Positions 8,593-18,261 are shown, numbered from the stretch's first letter. The stretch: DNA of 32,000 nucleotides from an uncultured Chloroflexia bacterium (GCA_963704755.1 OY969938.1:1680001-1712000); one strand, 5' to 3'. Made by a program: numbers and translations. The notes: generated by a model not told the origin, from the letters alone.

Positions 8593-9585
8593 ATGGATGA
8601 ATTAAAAGGAAAGAAAGTCCTCGTTACCGGCGCTGGCGGTTTCATCGGAAGCCACCTGACCGAGATGCTGGTCCGCAGCGGGGCCCAGGTGCGCGCCTTC
8701 GTTCGCTATAATTCCCGCGGCGACAGCGGCTTACTGCGGCTGATCGACCCGGACATTCGCCAGGAGCTGGAAATTATCGCCGGCGATCTGCGCGACGACC
8801 AGGCCATCGAGCAGGCCGTATCCGGGACGGCGATCGTGTTCCACCTGGGCGCGTTGATCTCCATCCCTTACTCCTATCTGCACCCGCGCGAGGTAGCCGA
8901 AACGAACTTGATGGGCACACTGAACGTCCTGGCTGCCTGCCGGACCTACGGGGTGGAACGGCTGGTCCACACTTCGACCAGCGAGGTTTATGGAACGGCC
9001 CGGTACGTGCCCATCGACGAGGCGCACCCCCTGCAGGGGCAGTCGCCTTATTCCGCCAGCAAGATCGGGGCCGATAAACTGGTCGAAAGCTTTTACTGCA
9101 CCTATGAACTGCCGGCAGTAACCGTACGGCCCTTCAATACCTTTGGGCCACGCCAGTCGGCCCGGGCGGTCATTCCAACTATCATTACTCAGGCTCTCAC
9201 CGGGCCTCAAATCAAACTCGGCAGCCTGGATACGCTGCGAGATTTCACCTATGTAGAAGACACTGCTGCCGGTTTTGTGCGCGCTGCCCTGGCAAAGGGG
9301 GTTGAGGGTGGCGTGTTCAACCTGGGCACCGGACGGGAAGTGACCATCGGCGAGGTATGCGACCTGATCGCCGGCTGCGTCGGCCACCCGGTGACCATCC
9401 TTCAGGATGAAAACCGCCTGCGCCCACAACGCTCGGAAGTCAGGCGGCTGCTCTCGAACAATAAGCTGGCCAGAGAAAAACTGGGCTGGCAGCCCCAGGT
9501 GGACCTGGAAGAGGGGATCGAACGCACCATTGACTGGATCGGCCAGCACCTGGAGCTCTTCAAAGTCGGCCAGTACGAATTCTGA
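8593..9585 (+). CDS. NAD-dependent NDP-sugar 4,6-dehydratase/epimerase (extended SDR, LegB-like)
   Basis: It has the GAGGFIGSHL Rossmann motif, TSTSEVYG, the catalytic SPYSASK and RPFNTFGPRQSARAVIPTIITQ, at 330 aa. Confidence 0.85.
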   Translation: MDELKGKKVLVTGAGGFIGSHLTEMLVRSGAQVRAFVRYNSRGDSGLLRLIDPDIRQELEIIAGDLRDDQAIEQAVSGTAIVFHLGALISIPYSYLHPREVAETNLMGTLNVLAACRTYGVERLVHTSTSEVYGTARYVPIDEAHPLQGQSPYSASKIGADKLVESFYCTYELPAVTVRPFNTFGPRQSARAVIPTIITQALTGPQIKLGSLDTLRDFTYVEDTAAGFVRAALAKGVEGGVFNLGTGREVTIGEVCDLIAGCVGHPVTILQDENRLRPQRSEVRRLLSNNKLAREKLGWQPQVDLEEGIERTIDWIGQHLELFKVGQYEF

Positions 9586-9767
9586 CCCTGGCCTATAAAA
9601 ATTCGATTATGTGGCTGAACGCCGCCGCAGAAGAAGATCCTCCCCAGGACCCTTCTCTATGGATAACACAGCCACGAATTGGTTGATTTTATGTGAAAGA
9701 ATCCTTCGGTTTTAGGGGGGATTCATACACACATTTCATTCAACTTCCTTAGGAATTGGAGGAAATC

Positions 9768-10508
9768 ATGAAAGCCGTAATTCTGGCCGGAGGGAAAGGA
9801 ACGCGCCTTTCGCCGTACACAAAAATCTTACCGAAACCGCTCATGCCCATCGGGGAAATGCCGGTCCTGGAAGTGCTTATTCACCAACTGCAAGCTCAGG
9901 GTGTGGACGAAATTATCCTCACCGTAGGTCACCTGGCCGAGATCATGCGCGCCTTCTTTGGCGATGGCAGCCAGTTTGGCCTGAAGATCAGGTACAGCTA
10001 CGAAGATCATCCCCTGGGCACAGCCGGGCCGCTGGCCCTGGTCGATGGCCTGGACGACACCTTCCTGGTGCTCAACGGTGATGTGCTGACCGACCTGAAC
10101 TTTACCGACCTGGTCGAATTTCATAAACGACAGGGCGCTATCGCCACCATCGCCATGCACCAACGGCAGGTCAAGATCGACCTGGGCGTCATCCTGTGCA
10201 ATGGCGGGCCAAAGGTGGTCGGCTACATCGAAAAGCCTACCTACGATTACCAGGTCAGCATGGGCATTTACGTATTCGAGCCAAGCCTGCTCAAATTTAT
10301 CGAGAAAGATCGCTATCTGGACTTTCCAAACCTGGTCCACAAGCTGCTCGGCGAGGCCGAGAAAGTGGTCGGGTACCTGTTCGACGGCTACTGGCAAGAC
10401 CTGGGCCGTCCGGACGACTACGAACAGGCCACCCAGGATTTCAACACGATGCGGGAACGTTTCCTGCCGGAGCACAAATATGACGAACTGGCGAATCCCA
10501 TTAGCTGA
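9768..10508 (+). CDS. Sugar-1-phosphate nucleotidyltransferase
   Basis: It has the N-terminal signature MKAVILAGGKGTRLSPYTKILPKPLMPI, plus LGTAGPL and VLNGDVL. A GGAGG RBS sits at 9758-9762, so ATG at 9768 is preferred over the ORF-track TTG at 9756. Confidence 0.85.
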   Translation: MKAVILAGGKGTRLSPYTKILPKPLMPIGEMPVLEVLIHQLQAQGVDEIILTVGHLAEIMRAFFGDGSQFGLKIRYSYEDHPLGTAGPLALVDGLDDTFLVLNGDVLTDLNFTDLVEFHKRQGAIATIAMHQRQVKIDLGVILCNGGPKVVGYIEKPTYDYQVSMGIYVFEPSLLKFIEKDRYLDFPNLVHKLLGEAEKVVGYLFDGYWQDLGRPDDYEQATQDFNTMRERFLPEHKYDELANPIS

Positions 10509-11643
10509 CCTGGATTTGGGCAGTGAAGAAAAAGCTGCCGTGATGGACGTCTTGGACCGGCGTTGGTTGACCATGGGCGAAGTGACCCAGGCCTTCGAGC
10601 AAGAATTCGCCGATTTCATCGGCGCCAAACACGCCCTGGCCGTAGGTAATTGCACCGAAGCCCTGCACATGGCCTGCCTGGCAGCCGATATCGGCCCTGG
10701 AGATGAGGTCATCGTCCCATCGCTCACTTTTGTAGCCACGGCTAACGCCGTGGCCTATACCGGTGCGCTGCCGGTCTTCGCCGAGGTAAAATCGGGCCAG
10801 GATTTGACCATTTCAGTCGAATCGATCGAATCCAGGATCACCCCGCAGACCCGCGCGATCATTCCAATGCACTACGGGGGCTACCTCTGCCATATGGAAG
10901 AGATCAACGCCCTGGCTAAAGCGCATGGCCTGGTGGTCATCGAAGATGCCGCCCATGCCCCCGGCACCTCGCTGGACGGAAAAATGGCCGGCACCTGGGG
11001 TGATCTGGGCTGTTTCAGCTTCTTTTCCAACAAAAACATGACCACCGGCGAAGGCGGTATGGTCACCACCAACAATGATGCCTACGTGGACAAACTGCGC
11101 TGGCTGCGCTCGCACGGCATGACCTCCCTGACCTGGGACCGCCATAACGGGCACGCCTGGAGCTACGACGTGGTCTTTCCCGGCTACAACTACCGCATGG
11201 ACGAGATGCACGCCGCCCTGGGGAGAGTACAACTGCAAAAACTGGCCCACAACAATGCCCGTCGGGCTGCCCTGGTAGCCGTCTATCGCCAGATCCTGTT
11301 ACAAGTTGCGCCGAACCTGGAAATCCCATTCATGGACCACCCAGGCATTTCGGCTTACCACCTGATGCCCGTGCTGCTGCCAGCCGGCCGCGACCGGACG
11401 CAGGTGATGGAATGCATGAAAGAACACGGCATCCAGACCAGCATCCATTACCCGCCGATCCACACTTTCAGCCATTATCAAAAATGGCTGGGAGAGCGGA
11501 TTGGACCTATGCCTGTCACCGAAGACATCGCTGCCCGCGAATTGACCCTGCCCCTGTACCCCGGCATGACCAATTCGGACGTCGAGGCCGTGGCCGATGC
11601 GCTGAACGATGCCCTGCACAGCCCCGCTGCGGGGAAAATCTAA
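10480..11643 (+). CDS. DegT/DnrJ/EryC1/StrS-family PLP-dependent sugar aminotransferase
   Basis: From ATG at 10480 the product has IPLADLDLGSEEKAAVMDVLDRRWLTMGE, GDEVIVPSLTFVATANAV and FSFFSNKNMTTGEGG (PLP-lysine). The ORF-track start at 10201 is an out-of-frame overlap with the previous gene. The real start overlaps it by 29 nt. Confidence 0.85.
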   Translation: MTNWRIPLADLDLGSEEKAAVMDVLDRRWLTMGEVTQAFEQEFADFIGAKHALAVGNCTEALHMACLAADIGPGDEVIVPSLTFVATANAVAYTGALPVFAEVKSGQDLTISVESIESRITPQTRAIIPMHYGGYLCHMEEINALAKAHGLVVIEDAAHAPGTSLDGKMAGTWGDLGCFSFFSNKNMTTGEGGMVTTNNDAYVDKLRWLRSHGMTSLTWDRHNGHAWSYDVVFPGYNYRMDEMHAALGRVQLQKLAHNNARRAALVAVYRQILLQVAPNLEIPFMDHPGISAYHLMPVLLPAGRDRTQVMECMKEHGIQTSIHYPPIHTFSHYQKWLGERIGPMPVTEDIAARELTLPLYPGMTNSDVEAVADALNDALHSPAAGKI

Positions 11644-11656
11644 CCGGTTTCATCAT

Positions 11657-11687
11657 CCCGGTTCCCGTACAGAATACGGGAACCGGG
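11657..11687 (+). terminator. Stem-loop downstream of the aminotransferase gene
   Basis: CCCGGTTCCCGTA-cagaa-TACGGGAACCGGG is a perfect 13-bp stem 14 nt after the stop codon. No clear T-tract follows, so its function is uncertain. Confidence 0.4.
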
Positions 11688-11858
11688 AACCATCTGCTTA
11701 ATTTGTGATCCCACTGAATCGGATCGGTAACCCCGGAAAGAATCAAGCGCCTGGAATTTGAGTGGGGCTCTCCGCAAACGCCAGGCCGGTTATCGAAGGT
11801 ATTTTTCAGCGGGAGTCGTTTGTATTTATCGTATTTTTGATCCTGAACAGAGGTTTCC

Positions 11859-13703
11859 ATGCAACCAAAAGACTATCTCAATCTCATTAAACGTTGGGTC
11901 TGGCTGATCGCCATTGGCGTGGTTTTGGGGGCGCTCGGCGGTTTTATATTTAGCAAACTCCAAACCCCGCTCTATCAGGCCAGTACAAAAGTACTGGTGC
12001 AGCTCTCGCCAGAATCGCAGGTTTCGAACGTAACCAACCAGAACGATACCCAACTTGCCCAAACCTTCACCGAACTGATTGTGACCCGCCCGGTGCTGGA
12101 TGCAACCTCCGAAAAGCTTGGCTACAACGTCAGCGCAGGCCAGATCCAGGTCCAATCGGGAACCTCCTCCCAGATGATCAAAGTGACCATTCAGGACCAG
12201 GATCCCCAGCACGCCGCTGACATCGCCAATACCCTGGTGACTACCTTCCTGGCTCAGAATTCACTGCTGCAAAACAGCCAGTATTCCAGTGCGGAAGAAA
12301 GCCTGCAGGCCCAAATTTCTCAGGTGGAGGGCCAAATCGCCGACCTGCAGAAACAACTGGCCGACGCCGCCACCCAATCTCAGGAACAGCGTATCCAGGC
12401 TGTGACCGACATCATGACCAACCTGCAAAATGAGATCGCCCAGGTCCAACAGGATATCATCACCCTCCAGTACAAGACCGACCTGGTGCCAAGCGTCACC
12501 AACGCCGGCCTGCCGATTATGGCCACCCCTACCCTGACCCTGGACGAGATGATCAAGATCAACCACGACCAGGAGCACCTGAGCGAACTAAAGGACCTGC
12601 TGGGTATTTATCAAAACATCTACGTCGATCTTTCCTACGCGGCCGAAACCGGCGGTGGGACCGGAGGAACCACCAACGAACAGATCCAATCCGCCCTGGA
12701 TCTCTATCAGCAGATCTATTCCAATTTACTGACCAACCAGGAAAGCATCCGCCTGGCCGGTCTTCAATCCACACCCAACCTGGTCCAGGTTGAAGAGGCC
12801 CTCCCCAACGGCAACCCGATCAGCCCCAAGACGCTTTACAACATCTTGATCGGCCTGGTCGTTGGCCTGGTGTTGGCCGGTGCGGTTGTATTCATCCGCG
12901 AATACCTGGACGAATCGTTGCGCGACGCCAACATGGTCCAGGATGTGCTGGGCCTGCCGGTCCTCGGGTACATCAGCGAAATACCCAACCATAACGGCGA
13001 TAATGATCTCCCCTATGTAAAGTCGGAGCCGCGATCGCCTATCACAGAAGCCTTCCGTTCCTTGCGAAACAACCTGGAGTTTTCCTCGATTGACGACCCG
13101 CTCAAGTCGATTTTGGTCACCAGCTCGACCATCGGTGAGGGTAAAACCACCCTGGCCGTCAACCTGGCCATGGTCATGGCCCAATCTGAAAGAAAAACCG
13201 TGCTGGTGGATACCGATCTGCGCCGGCCCCAGGTGCACGACAAACTGCATATCCACAACCAGTTAGGCCTGAGCAATCTTCTGGTTGGCACATCCACCCT
13301 GGAAGAGGCGGTCCAATACATCGAACCCGAACACCTGGCCGTCCTCACCAGCGGCAGGCTGCCCCCCAACCCGGCCGAGGTGTTGGGCTCTCAAGCCATG
13401 GCTAATGTTTTGCAGAAACTGGAAGAGGAATTCGATACCGTCATCCTGGACGGGGTGCCTTTCCTTCTGGCCGATGCTTCTCCGCTGGCAGCCCGCGTGG
13501 ATGGCGTGCTGATCGTTGTCCGCCCACGCTTCACCTCCCGCACGGTGGCCCTCGAAATGGTCGAACAGCTCGACCGGGTCAAGGCCAGGGTCATCGGGGT
13601 TGCCCTTAACCGTATCCGCGAAAGTGGCGCATCTTACTATCGCGCCTTAACCGGCTACTCGAATTACGCTTATTTCAAGGAAGAGAATGCCCCAAAGGAG
13701 TAG
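11859..13703 (+). CDS. Polysaccharide co-polymerase (Wzz) fused to a BY-kinase tyrosine autokinase
   Basis: An N-terminal TM and Wzz-like coiled-coil periplasmic region are followed by a second TM. The kinase part has Walker A SSTIGEGKTTLAVNLA, Walker A' VLVDTDLRRP and Walker B VILDGVP. The C-terminal Tyr cluster is SYYRALTGYSNYAYF. Confidence 0.85.
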   Translation: MQPKDYLNLIKRWVWLIAIGVVLGALGGFIFSKLQTPLYQASTKVLVQLSPESQVSNVTNQNDTQLAQTFTELIVTRPVLDATSEKLGYNVSAGQIQVQSGTSSQMIKVTIQDQDPQHAADIANTLVTTFLAQNSLLQNSQYSSAEESLQAQISQVEGQIADLQKQLADAATQSQEQRIQAVTDIMTNLQNEIAQVQQDIITLQYKTDLVPSVTNAGLPIMATPTLTLDEMIKINHDQEHLSELKDLLGIYQNIYVDLSYAAETGGGTGGTTNEQIQSALDLYQQIYSNLLTNQESIRLAGLQSTPNLVQVEEALPNGNPISPKTLYNILIGLVVGLVLAGAVVFIREYLDESLRDANMVQDVLGLPVLGYISEIPNHNGDNDLPYVKSEPRSPITEAFRSLRNNLEFSSIDDPLKSILVTSSTIGEGKTTLAVNLAMVMAQSERKTVLVDTDLRRPQVHDKLHIHNQLGLSNLLVGTSTLEEAVQYIEPEHLAVLTSGRLPPNPAEVLGSQAMANVLQKLEEEFDTVILDGVPFLLADASPLAARVDGVLIVVRPRFTSRTVALEMVEQLDRVKARVIGVALNRIRESGASYYRALTGYSNYAYFKEENAPKE

Positions 13704-13706
13704 GCT

Positions 13707-14678
13707 ATGAGCGAAACCATATGCCCGTTCCTGGGAATGATAGAGGATCGGGAAACCGCCCTATCTTTTCCTTCCGACGGGAATTATTGCTATAAAGCCG
13801 AGCCCCTCTCGGTAGTCAATATCGACCACCAGCGAAATTTTTGCCTGTGCGCTGGGCATACCGAATGCCCCGTTTTCAAACGCAGCGAAATCGGCCCGCT
13901 GCCGGACGACCTGTCCACCGAAATTGCTCCACCGGCGCCCAAAGCGCCGGGTAACAAAAAATTCTTTATCCCGGCGATTATTTTAATTTTCGCGATTGTG
14001 GCCGTGCTGACTCTGCCAAGGGCCACCGCCTCGATCGTCGCGGCCAAACAAGCCGCCCAAAACGCACAGGCTACATCGGATTACAATTCGCAAATGGTTC
14101 TGTTAGGCACCGAAGAGATCCCGGTGACCGATGGCACCGCCTTCATTAACGCTTCCATCAGCGATATCACCCCGAACCCTACCTGGGCAGCCTGTACCCC
14201 ACCGCCGTATTGGAAAACTTATGTGGTCAACGACACCGATTCATTGGTGCGCTTGAGCCTGCTCTTTCGGGTTTCGGTCGATGACCTGAAACAGGCTAAC
14301 TGTATGGAAGGCCAGGCCCTGGTCCGCCCCGGTGAGGTCATCTACATCCCCGGCGTCACCCCCACAGTGACCCCCACCAGTACGCCGCTGTTCACCGCAA
14401 CCCGCACCCGCCGGCCGACTAGCTTGCCCACCTGGACTAACCCTCCCCGTCAAAGCAACCCCGGCCAGCCCCATCCGGCCAATACGGCCGTAAAACCTAC
14501 GAATACCAGCGTTCCGCCGACAGCCAAGCCCACAATCCAGCCCACATCCAAACCTCAACCCACATCCACACCTTTGCCGCCGCCGCCGACACCCCCGCCA
14601 ACATCGATACCTCCTACGCCAGTACCACCGCCAACCGATGTACCGCCGCCAACCGATGTACCGGCTTCTACTCCATAA
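13707..14678 (+). CDS. Membrane protein with an N-terminal Cys-rich domain, one TM, a LysM domain and a Pro/Thr-rich tail
   Basis: The N-terminus reads CPFLG...NYCYK...NFCLCAGHTECPVF. The TM is FFIPAIILIFAIVAVLTL. The LysM-like segment is YVVNDTDSLVRLSLLFRVSVDDLKQANCM...GEVIYIP. The last ~100 aa are PT-rich, including the tandem PPTDVPPPTDVP. The start lies 4 nt after the kinase stop. Confidence 0.7.
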   Translation: MSETICPFLGMIEDRETALSFPSDGNYCYKAEPLSVVNIDHQRNFCLCAGHTECPVFKRSEIGPLPDDLSTEIAPPAPKAPGNKKFFIPAIILIFAIVAVLTLPRATASIVAAKQAAQNAQATSDYNSQMVLLGTEEIPVTDGTAFINASISDITPNPTWAACTPPPYWKTYVVNDTDSLVRLSLLFRVSVDDLKQANCMEGQALVRPGEVIYIPGVTPTVTPTSTPLFTATRTRRPTSLPTWTNPPRQSNPGQPHPANTAVKPTNTSVPPTAKPTIQPTSKPQPTSTPLPPPPTPPPTSIPPTPVPPPTDVPPPTDVPASTP

Positions 14679-15009
14679 GGTGGTGGATAGCCACATTTCT
14701 TTATAGAACGCTCTACATTTCATCGAACATCAATTTTCAATGCATCAGCGCGGAACGAATTCCGCCCGGTCACTCCCAGGGGAGGCCGGGCGGAATCCTT
14801 CGAGACCTGGCCCAGATTAAACTGGGTAAAAAAAATATTGGGTAGCACCTGATCACCGTTCGAACATCCACACGAGTAGCCGCCTATTAAGGTAAAGAGC
14901 CGTGATACCAGGGGGTGTTTACCGTAAAACGAAGGTAATTGACCGACATGCCAGCCATCTATTGCAAGATTCCCGTATTAAAGCGGGAGAAAAACTGGGG
15001 AGGAAGAGA

Positions 15010-18000
15010 ATGAACCTGAAAAAGAATTGGTCAAATATTTTGCTCTGTGTCTGCCTGATTGGAATGCTGCTCGGCGGATCACCACTGATCGTACAGGCCG
15101 ATAGTAATCTGCATGCAATGATCCCAAAAAGTGCCGCTGTCAACGGCACCCAGGCTATCGGGGATATCCTCGTATCACCCGAAAGTGGAACGACCACCGA
15201 GACTGGCGGTACTTTCGTTTTTAATATCAGCCTGGGCTCACCTCCTACCGATACCGTCACCATCGATCTGTATAGCAGTAACACCGGTGAAGGAACAGTC
15301 TCGCCATCCTCGGTAGTATTGGATAATACCAATTATTCAGATGGCGTAGATGTGACCGTGACCGGCGTAAATGACGCCATCGCTGCCGATGTAGGATATA
15401 CGATTGTCACTGATCCAGCGGTAAGCAACGATACCGATTACAACGGGAACCCGGCGGACGTCGCAATGACGAACCTGAACGTCGATGACACGGCCGGCTA
15501 TGCCATAACCAATGCCACCGGGCTAACTACTACGGAGGGTAGCGGCACGGCCACCTTCGACGTTGCCCTGACCAGTGAGCCATCCAGCGCCACGACCGTC
15601 AGCGTGAGTAGTAATGACACTACTGAAGGGAAAGTTACTACCCCTGCCGGCGGTCAATTGAGCTTTGATTCCACCAATTGGAGCGATCCGCAGCCCGTTA
15701 CGGTCACCGGACAGGATGACTTTATCATCGACGGGGACCAGCCCTATACGGTTAGCGTCGGGCCGGCCAGCGGTGCAGCGGAGTACCAATCTCTTTCCGA
15801 CTCTTCGGTCTCGCTGACCAACACCGACAACGACACTGCCGGTATCATCGTCTCTCCCACCAGCGAGTTGACCACCGATGAAAATGGCGGGACCGCCACG
15901 TTCAATATCCACCTGACCAGTGCCCCCTCTTCGGACGTAACCATTGGGCTAATCAGTTCGAATACCTCGGAAGGAACCGTGCCTTCCTCGGTTACTTTAA
16001 ATTCGTCCAACTGGCAGGCCGGCGTTACCGTGACCGTGACCGGTGTGGCCGATCACACCATTGACGGCAATATTGGCTATACCATCGTTACGGGCGCTGC
16101 CAGCAGCACGGATGGGAATTACGGTGGCCTCAACCCGGCCGACGTCTCGGTTACCAACGATAATACCGACTCGGCCAATATCATCGTTTCACCCACCAGC
16201 GGCCTGGTCACCACCGAGGCCGGGGGAACGGCCAGTTTCAACATCAAACTTGCCAGCATCCCTTCCGCCGATGTGACCGTTGGGCTTTCCAGTGACGACA
16301 CAACCGAAGGGACCGTACCCAGCCAGGCGGTTTTGAATTCGACCAACTGGTCAACCGGGGTGGATGTCACGGTGACCGGGCAGGACGATTTCGTCGCGGA
16401 TGGAGATGTGGTATACCACATCGTCACGGCGAATTCCACGAGCGGTGACACGAATTATGTCGGTATAAATCCCCCTGATGTGACGGTCACCAATCAGGAC
16501 GACGACACGGCCGGGTATACGATTACACCAACGACAGGTCTGGTCACCAGTGAGAACGGCACTACGGCTACATTCACGATCCGGCTCAACAGCCAACCCA
16601 CCAGCAATGTCACCGTCAGTTTCGCAAGCAGCAAAACCACTGAAGGGACTGTTTCACCTGCTTCGGTGACCTTTACTCCAGAAGCCGGCAGCGTCAGTTG
16701 GGATACTCCCCAGATCATTACGCTGACCGGCGTAGATGACACCCCGGCAGTGGCGGATGGCAACCAGCCTTACACCATCGTTACCACGGTATCCAGCACG
16801 GATACCACCTACAACAGTCTCGATCCGGCGGATGTCTCGGCCACCAATCAGGATAACGATGTGGCCGGCTACGTATTTACTAACGCCACCAGCCTGACCA
16901 CTTCAAAATCTGGCACGTCGGTCACATTTCACGTCGCTTTGGCCACCCAGCCAACAGTAGATACAATTGTGGCCGTCACCAGCACCAATACGGCGGAAGG
17001 GACTATCACCGCCCCGGTAAGTGGTCTCCTTACCTTCACCGCTACCAATTGGGCTACTGCTCAAGATATCACAGTCAAAGGCGTGGACGATTTGATCGCG
17101 GATGGGGACATAACCTACCCGATTCACATTGGCCCGGCCACCGGCGCACCAGAATATGTCAGCGTCAGCACCGCCTCGGTCAACGTGACCAACCAGGACA
17201 ACGACGCGGCCGGGTATGTCATCACGAATGCGACCGGCCTGACCACCAGCGAGGCTGGAGGAACGGCCACTTTTGACGTCGCTTTGAGCAGCCAACCCAG
17301 TGTGGACACGACTGTAAACGTAACCAGCCAGAACCTGGACGAAGGCACCATTAGCATCCCGGCCGATGGCAAGCTAACTTTTACCACCGCCAATTGGGCC
17401 ACACCGCAGCCGGTAACCATCACGGGTGTGGACGATTTCTATGCCGATGGGACGGTGTCCTATTCCGTTAAAATTGGGCCGGCCAGCGGCGCCACGGAAT
17501 ACGCCAGCATTTTGAGTAACACGACCGTCGATGTAAACAACACCGATAACGACACCGCCGGTTACGTGATCACAGAAGCCAGTGGCCTGTCGACCACCGA
17601 AGGCGGCGGCACGGCTACTTTCAAGGTAGCCCTGTCCTCTCAACCCACCACAGCCCCGTTGACGGTCAATATCAGCAGCAGCGACACGACCGAGGGAACG
17701 GTCACCATCCCCACCAATGGTCACCTCACATTTACCGCCGATAATTGGAATACACCGCAAACCGTGACCATCAAAGGGGCCGATGATACCCTCAACGATG
17801 GCACCGTCGCCTATTCCATCAACGTGGGCACTGCCAGCGGAGCTTCAGAATACGCATCGGTGCCCGTCTCACATGTTTCGATCAACAACCTGGACAACGA
17901 GATTTTCTGGGTCAACCCGGTAGGAAACCGCGGATCGATGTTGGTTACCACCGGATCCATCACCTTGCAGGCCACCCCTTCGAACAGCGTCGACATGGCC

Positions 18001-18261
18001 GATTTCGACCATATCGTCTACGCGATTTATGACCCCACCCTGCCCGGCCCGGTCGAAAACCAGTTTGTGGAAATTGGCACGGCTTCCACAGCGCCTTATA
18101 CCGTGAATCTGCCGGTCGACCGGCTGGTGATCGGCGGCTATACCCAGGTGTACGTCTTCACCGTGGACAAAGAAGGGCACCGTTCGCCGTATAATCCTCA
18201 GAATGGGATCAATCTTCTGCGTCCCAGCGCTTACGTTTTCATCCCAATCGTTCATAAATGA
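15010..18261 (+). CDS. Secreted surface protein with 8 tandem ~114-aa Calx-beta-like beta-sandwich repeats and a distinct C-terminal domain
   Basis: ATG at 15010 has a GGGGAGGAAG RBS and a signal peptide (MNLKKNWSNILLCVCLIGMLLGGSPLIVQA/DS). The repeats span 15160-17901. The recurring pattern is DNDTAGY.IT...GL.T.E.GGTATF.V.L.S.PS..V.V...S.D..EGT......L.F...NW...Q.VT.TG.DD...DG...Y. Confidence 0.8.
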   Translation: MNLKKNWSNILLCVCLIGMLLGGSPLIVQADSNLHAMIPKSAAVNGTQAIGDILVSPESGTTTETGGTFVFNISLGSPPTDTVTIDLYSSNTGEGTVSPSSVVLDNTNYSDGVDVTVTGVNDAIAADVGYTIVTDPAVSNDTDYNGNPADVAMTNLNVDDTAGYAITNATGLTTTEGSGTATFDVALTSEPSSATTVSVSSNDTTEGKVTTPAGGQLSFDSTNWSDPQPVTVTGQDDFIIDGDQPYTVSVGPASGAAEYQSLSDSSVSLTNTDNDTAGIIVSPTSELTTDENGGTATFNIHLTSAPSSDVTIGLISSNTSEGTVPSSVTLNSSNWQAGVTVTVTGVADHTIDGNIGYTIVTGAASSTDGNYGGLNPADVSVTNDNTDSANIIVSPTSGLVTTEAGGTASFNIKLASIPSADVTVGLSSDDTTEGTVPSQAVLNSTNWSTGVDVTVTGQDDFVADGDVVYHIVTANSTSGDTNYVGINPPDVTVTNQDDDTAGYTITPTTGLVTSENGTTATFTIRLNSQPTSNVTVSFASSKTTEGTVSPASVTFTPEAGSVSWDTPQIITLTGVDDTPAVADGNQPYTIVTTVSSTDTTYNSLDPADVSATNQDNDVAGYVFTNATSLTTSKSGTSVTFHVALATQPTVDTIVAVTSTNTAEGTITAPVSGLLTFTATNWATAQDITVKGVDDLIADGDITYPIHIGPATGAPEYVSVSTASVNVTNQDNDAAGYVITNATGLTTSEAGGTATFDVALSSQPSVDTTVNVTSQNLDEGTISIPADGKLTFTTANWATPQPVTITGVDDFYADGTVSYSVKIGPASGATEYASILSNTTVDVNNTDNDTAGYVITEASGLSTTEGGGTATFKVALSSQPTTAPLTVNISSSDTTEGTVTIPTNGHLTFTADNWNTPQTVTIKGADDTLNDGTVAYSINVGTASGASEYASVPVSHVSINNLDNEIFWVNPVGNRGSMLVTTGSITLQATPSNSVDMADFDHIVYAIYDPTLPGPVENQFVEIGTASTAPYTVNLPVDRLVIGGYTQVYVFTVDKEGHRSPYNPQNGINLLRPSAYVFIPIVHK

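Noticed and set aside
9658-9666. DnaA-box-like TATGGATAA (8/9 to TGTGGATAA) in the intergenic gap inside the polysaccharide locus
   Set aside because: It is a single isolated match with no AT-rich unwinding element or box cluster, so it is most likely chance.
10201-10479. N-terminal 93-aa extension of the aminotransferase ORF
   Set aside because: This part overlaps the nucleotidyltransferase gene out of frame and has odd composition. DegT homology begins at the ATG at 10480.
7289-10739. Long minus-strand ORFs (7289-8110, 8731-9549 and 9828-10739)
   Set aside because: All are antisense shadows of well-supported plus-strand genes (PGT-GGDEF, SDR, nucleotidyltransferase/aminotransferase). They have no recognisable motifs.
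14679-15009. Possible c-di-GMP or other riboswitch in the 330-nt leader of the repeat-protein gene
   Set aside because: I could not find the conserved GEMM-I elements (GCAAA tetraloop-receptor region, ACGCAAAGCC) or other riboswitch cores by eye. Only a generic 11-bp stem is present. A covariance-model scan (Rfam/Infernal) would be needed.
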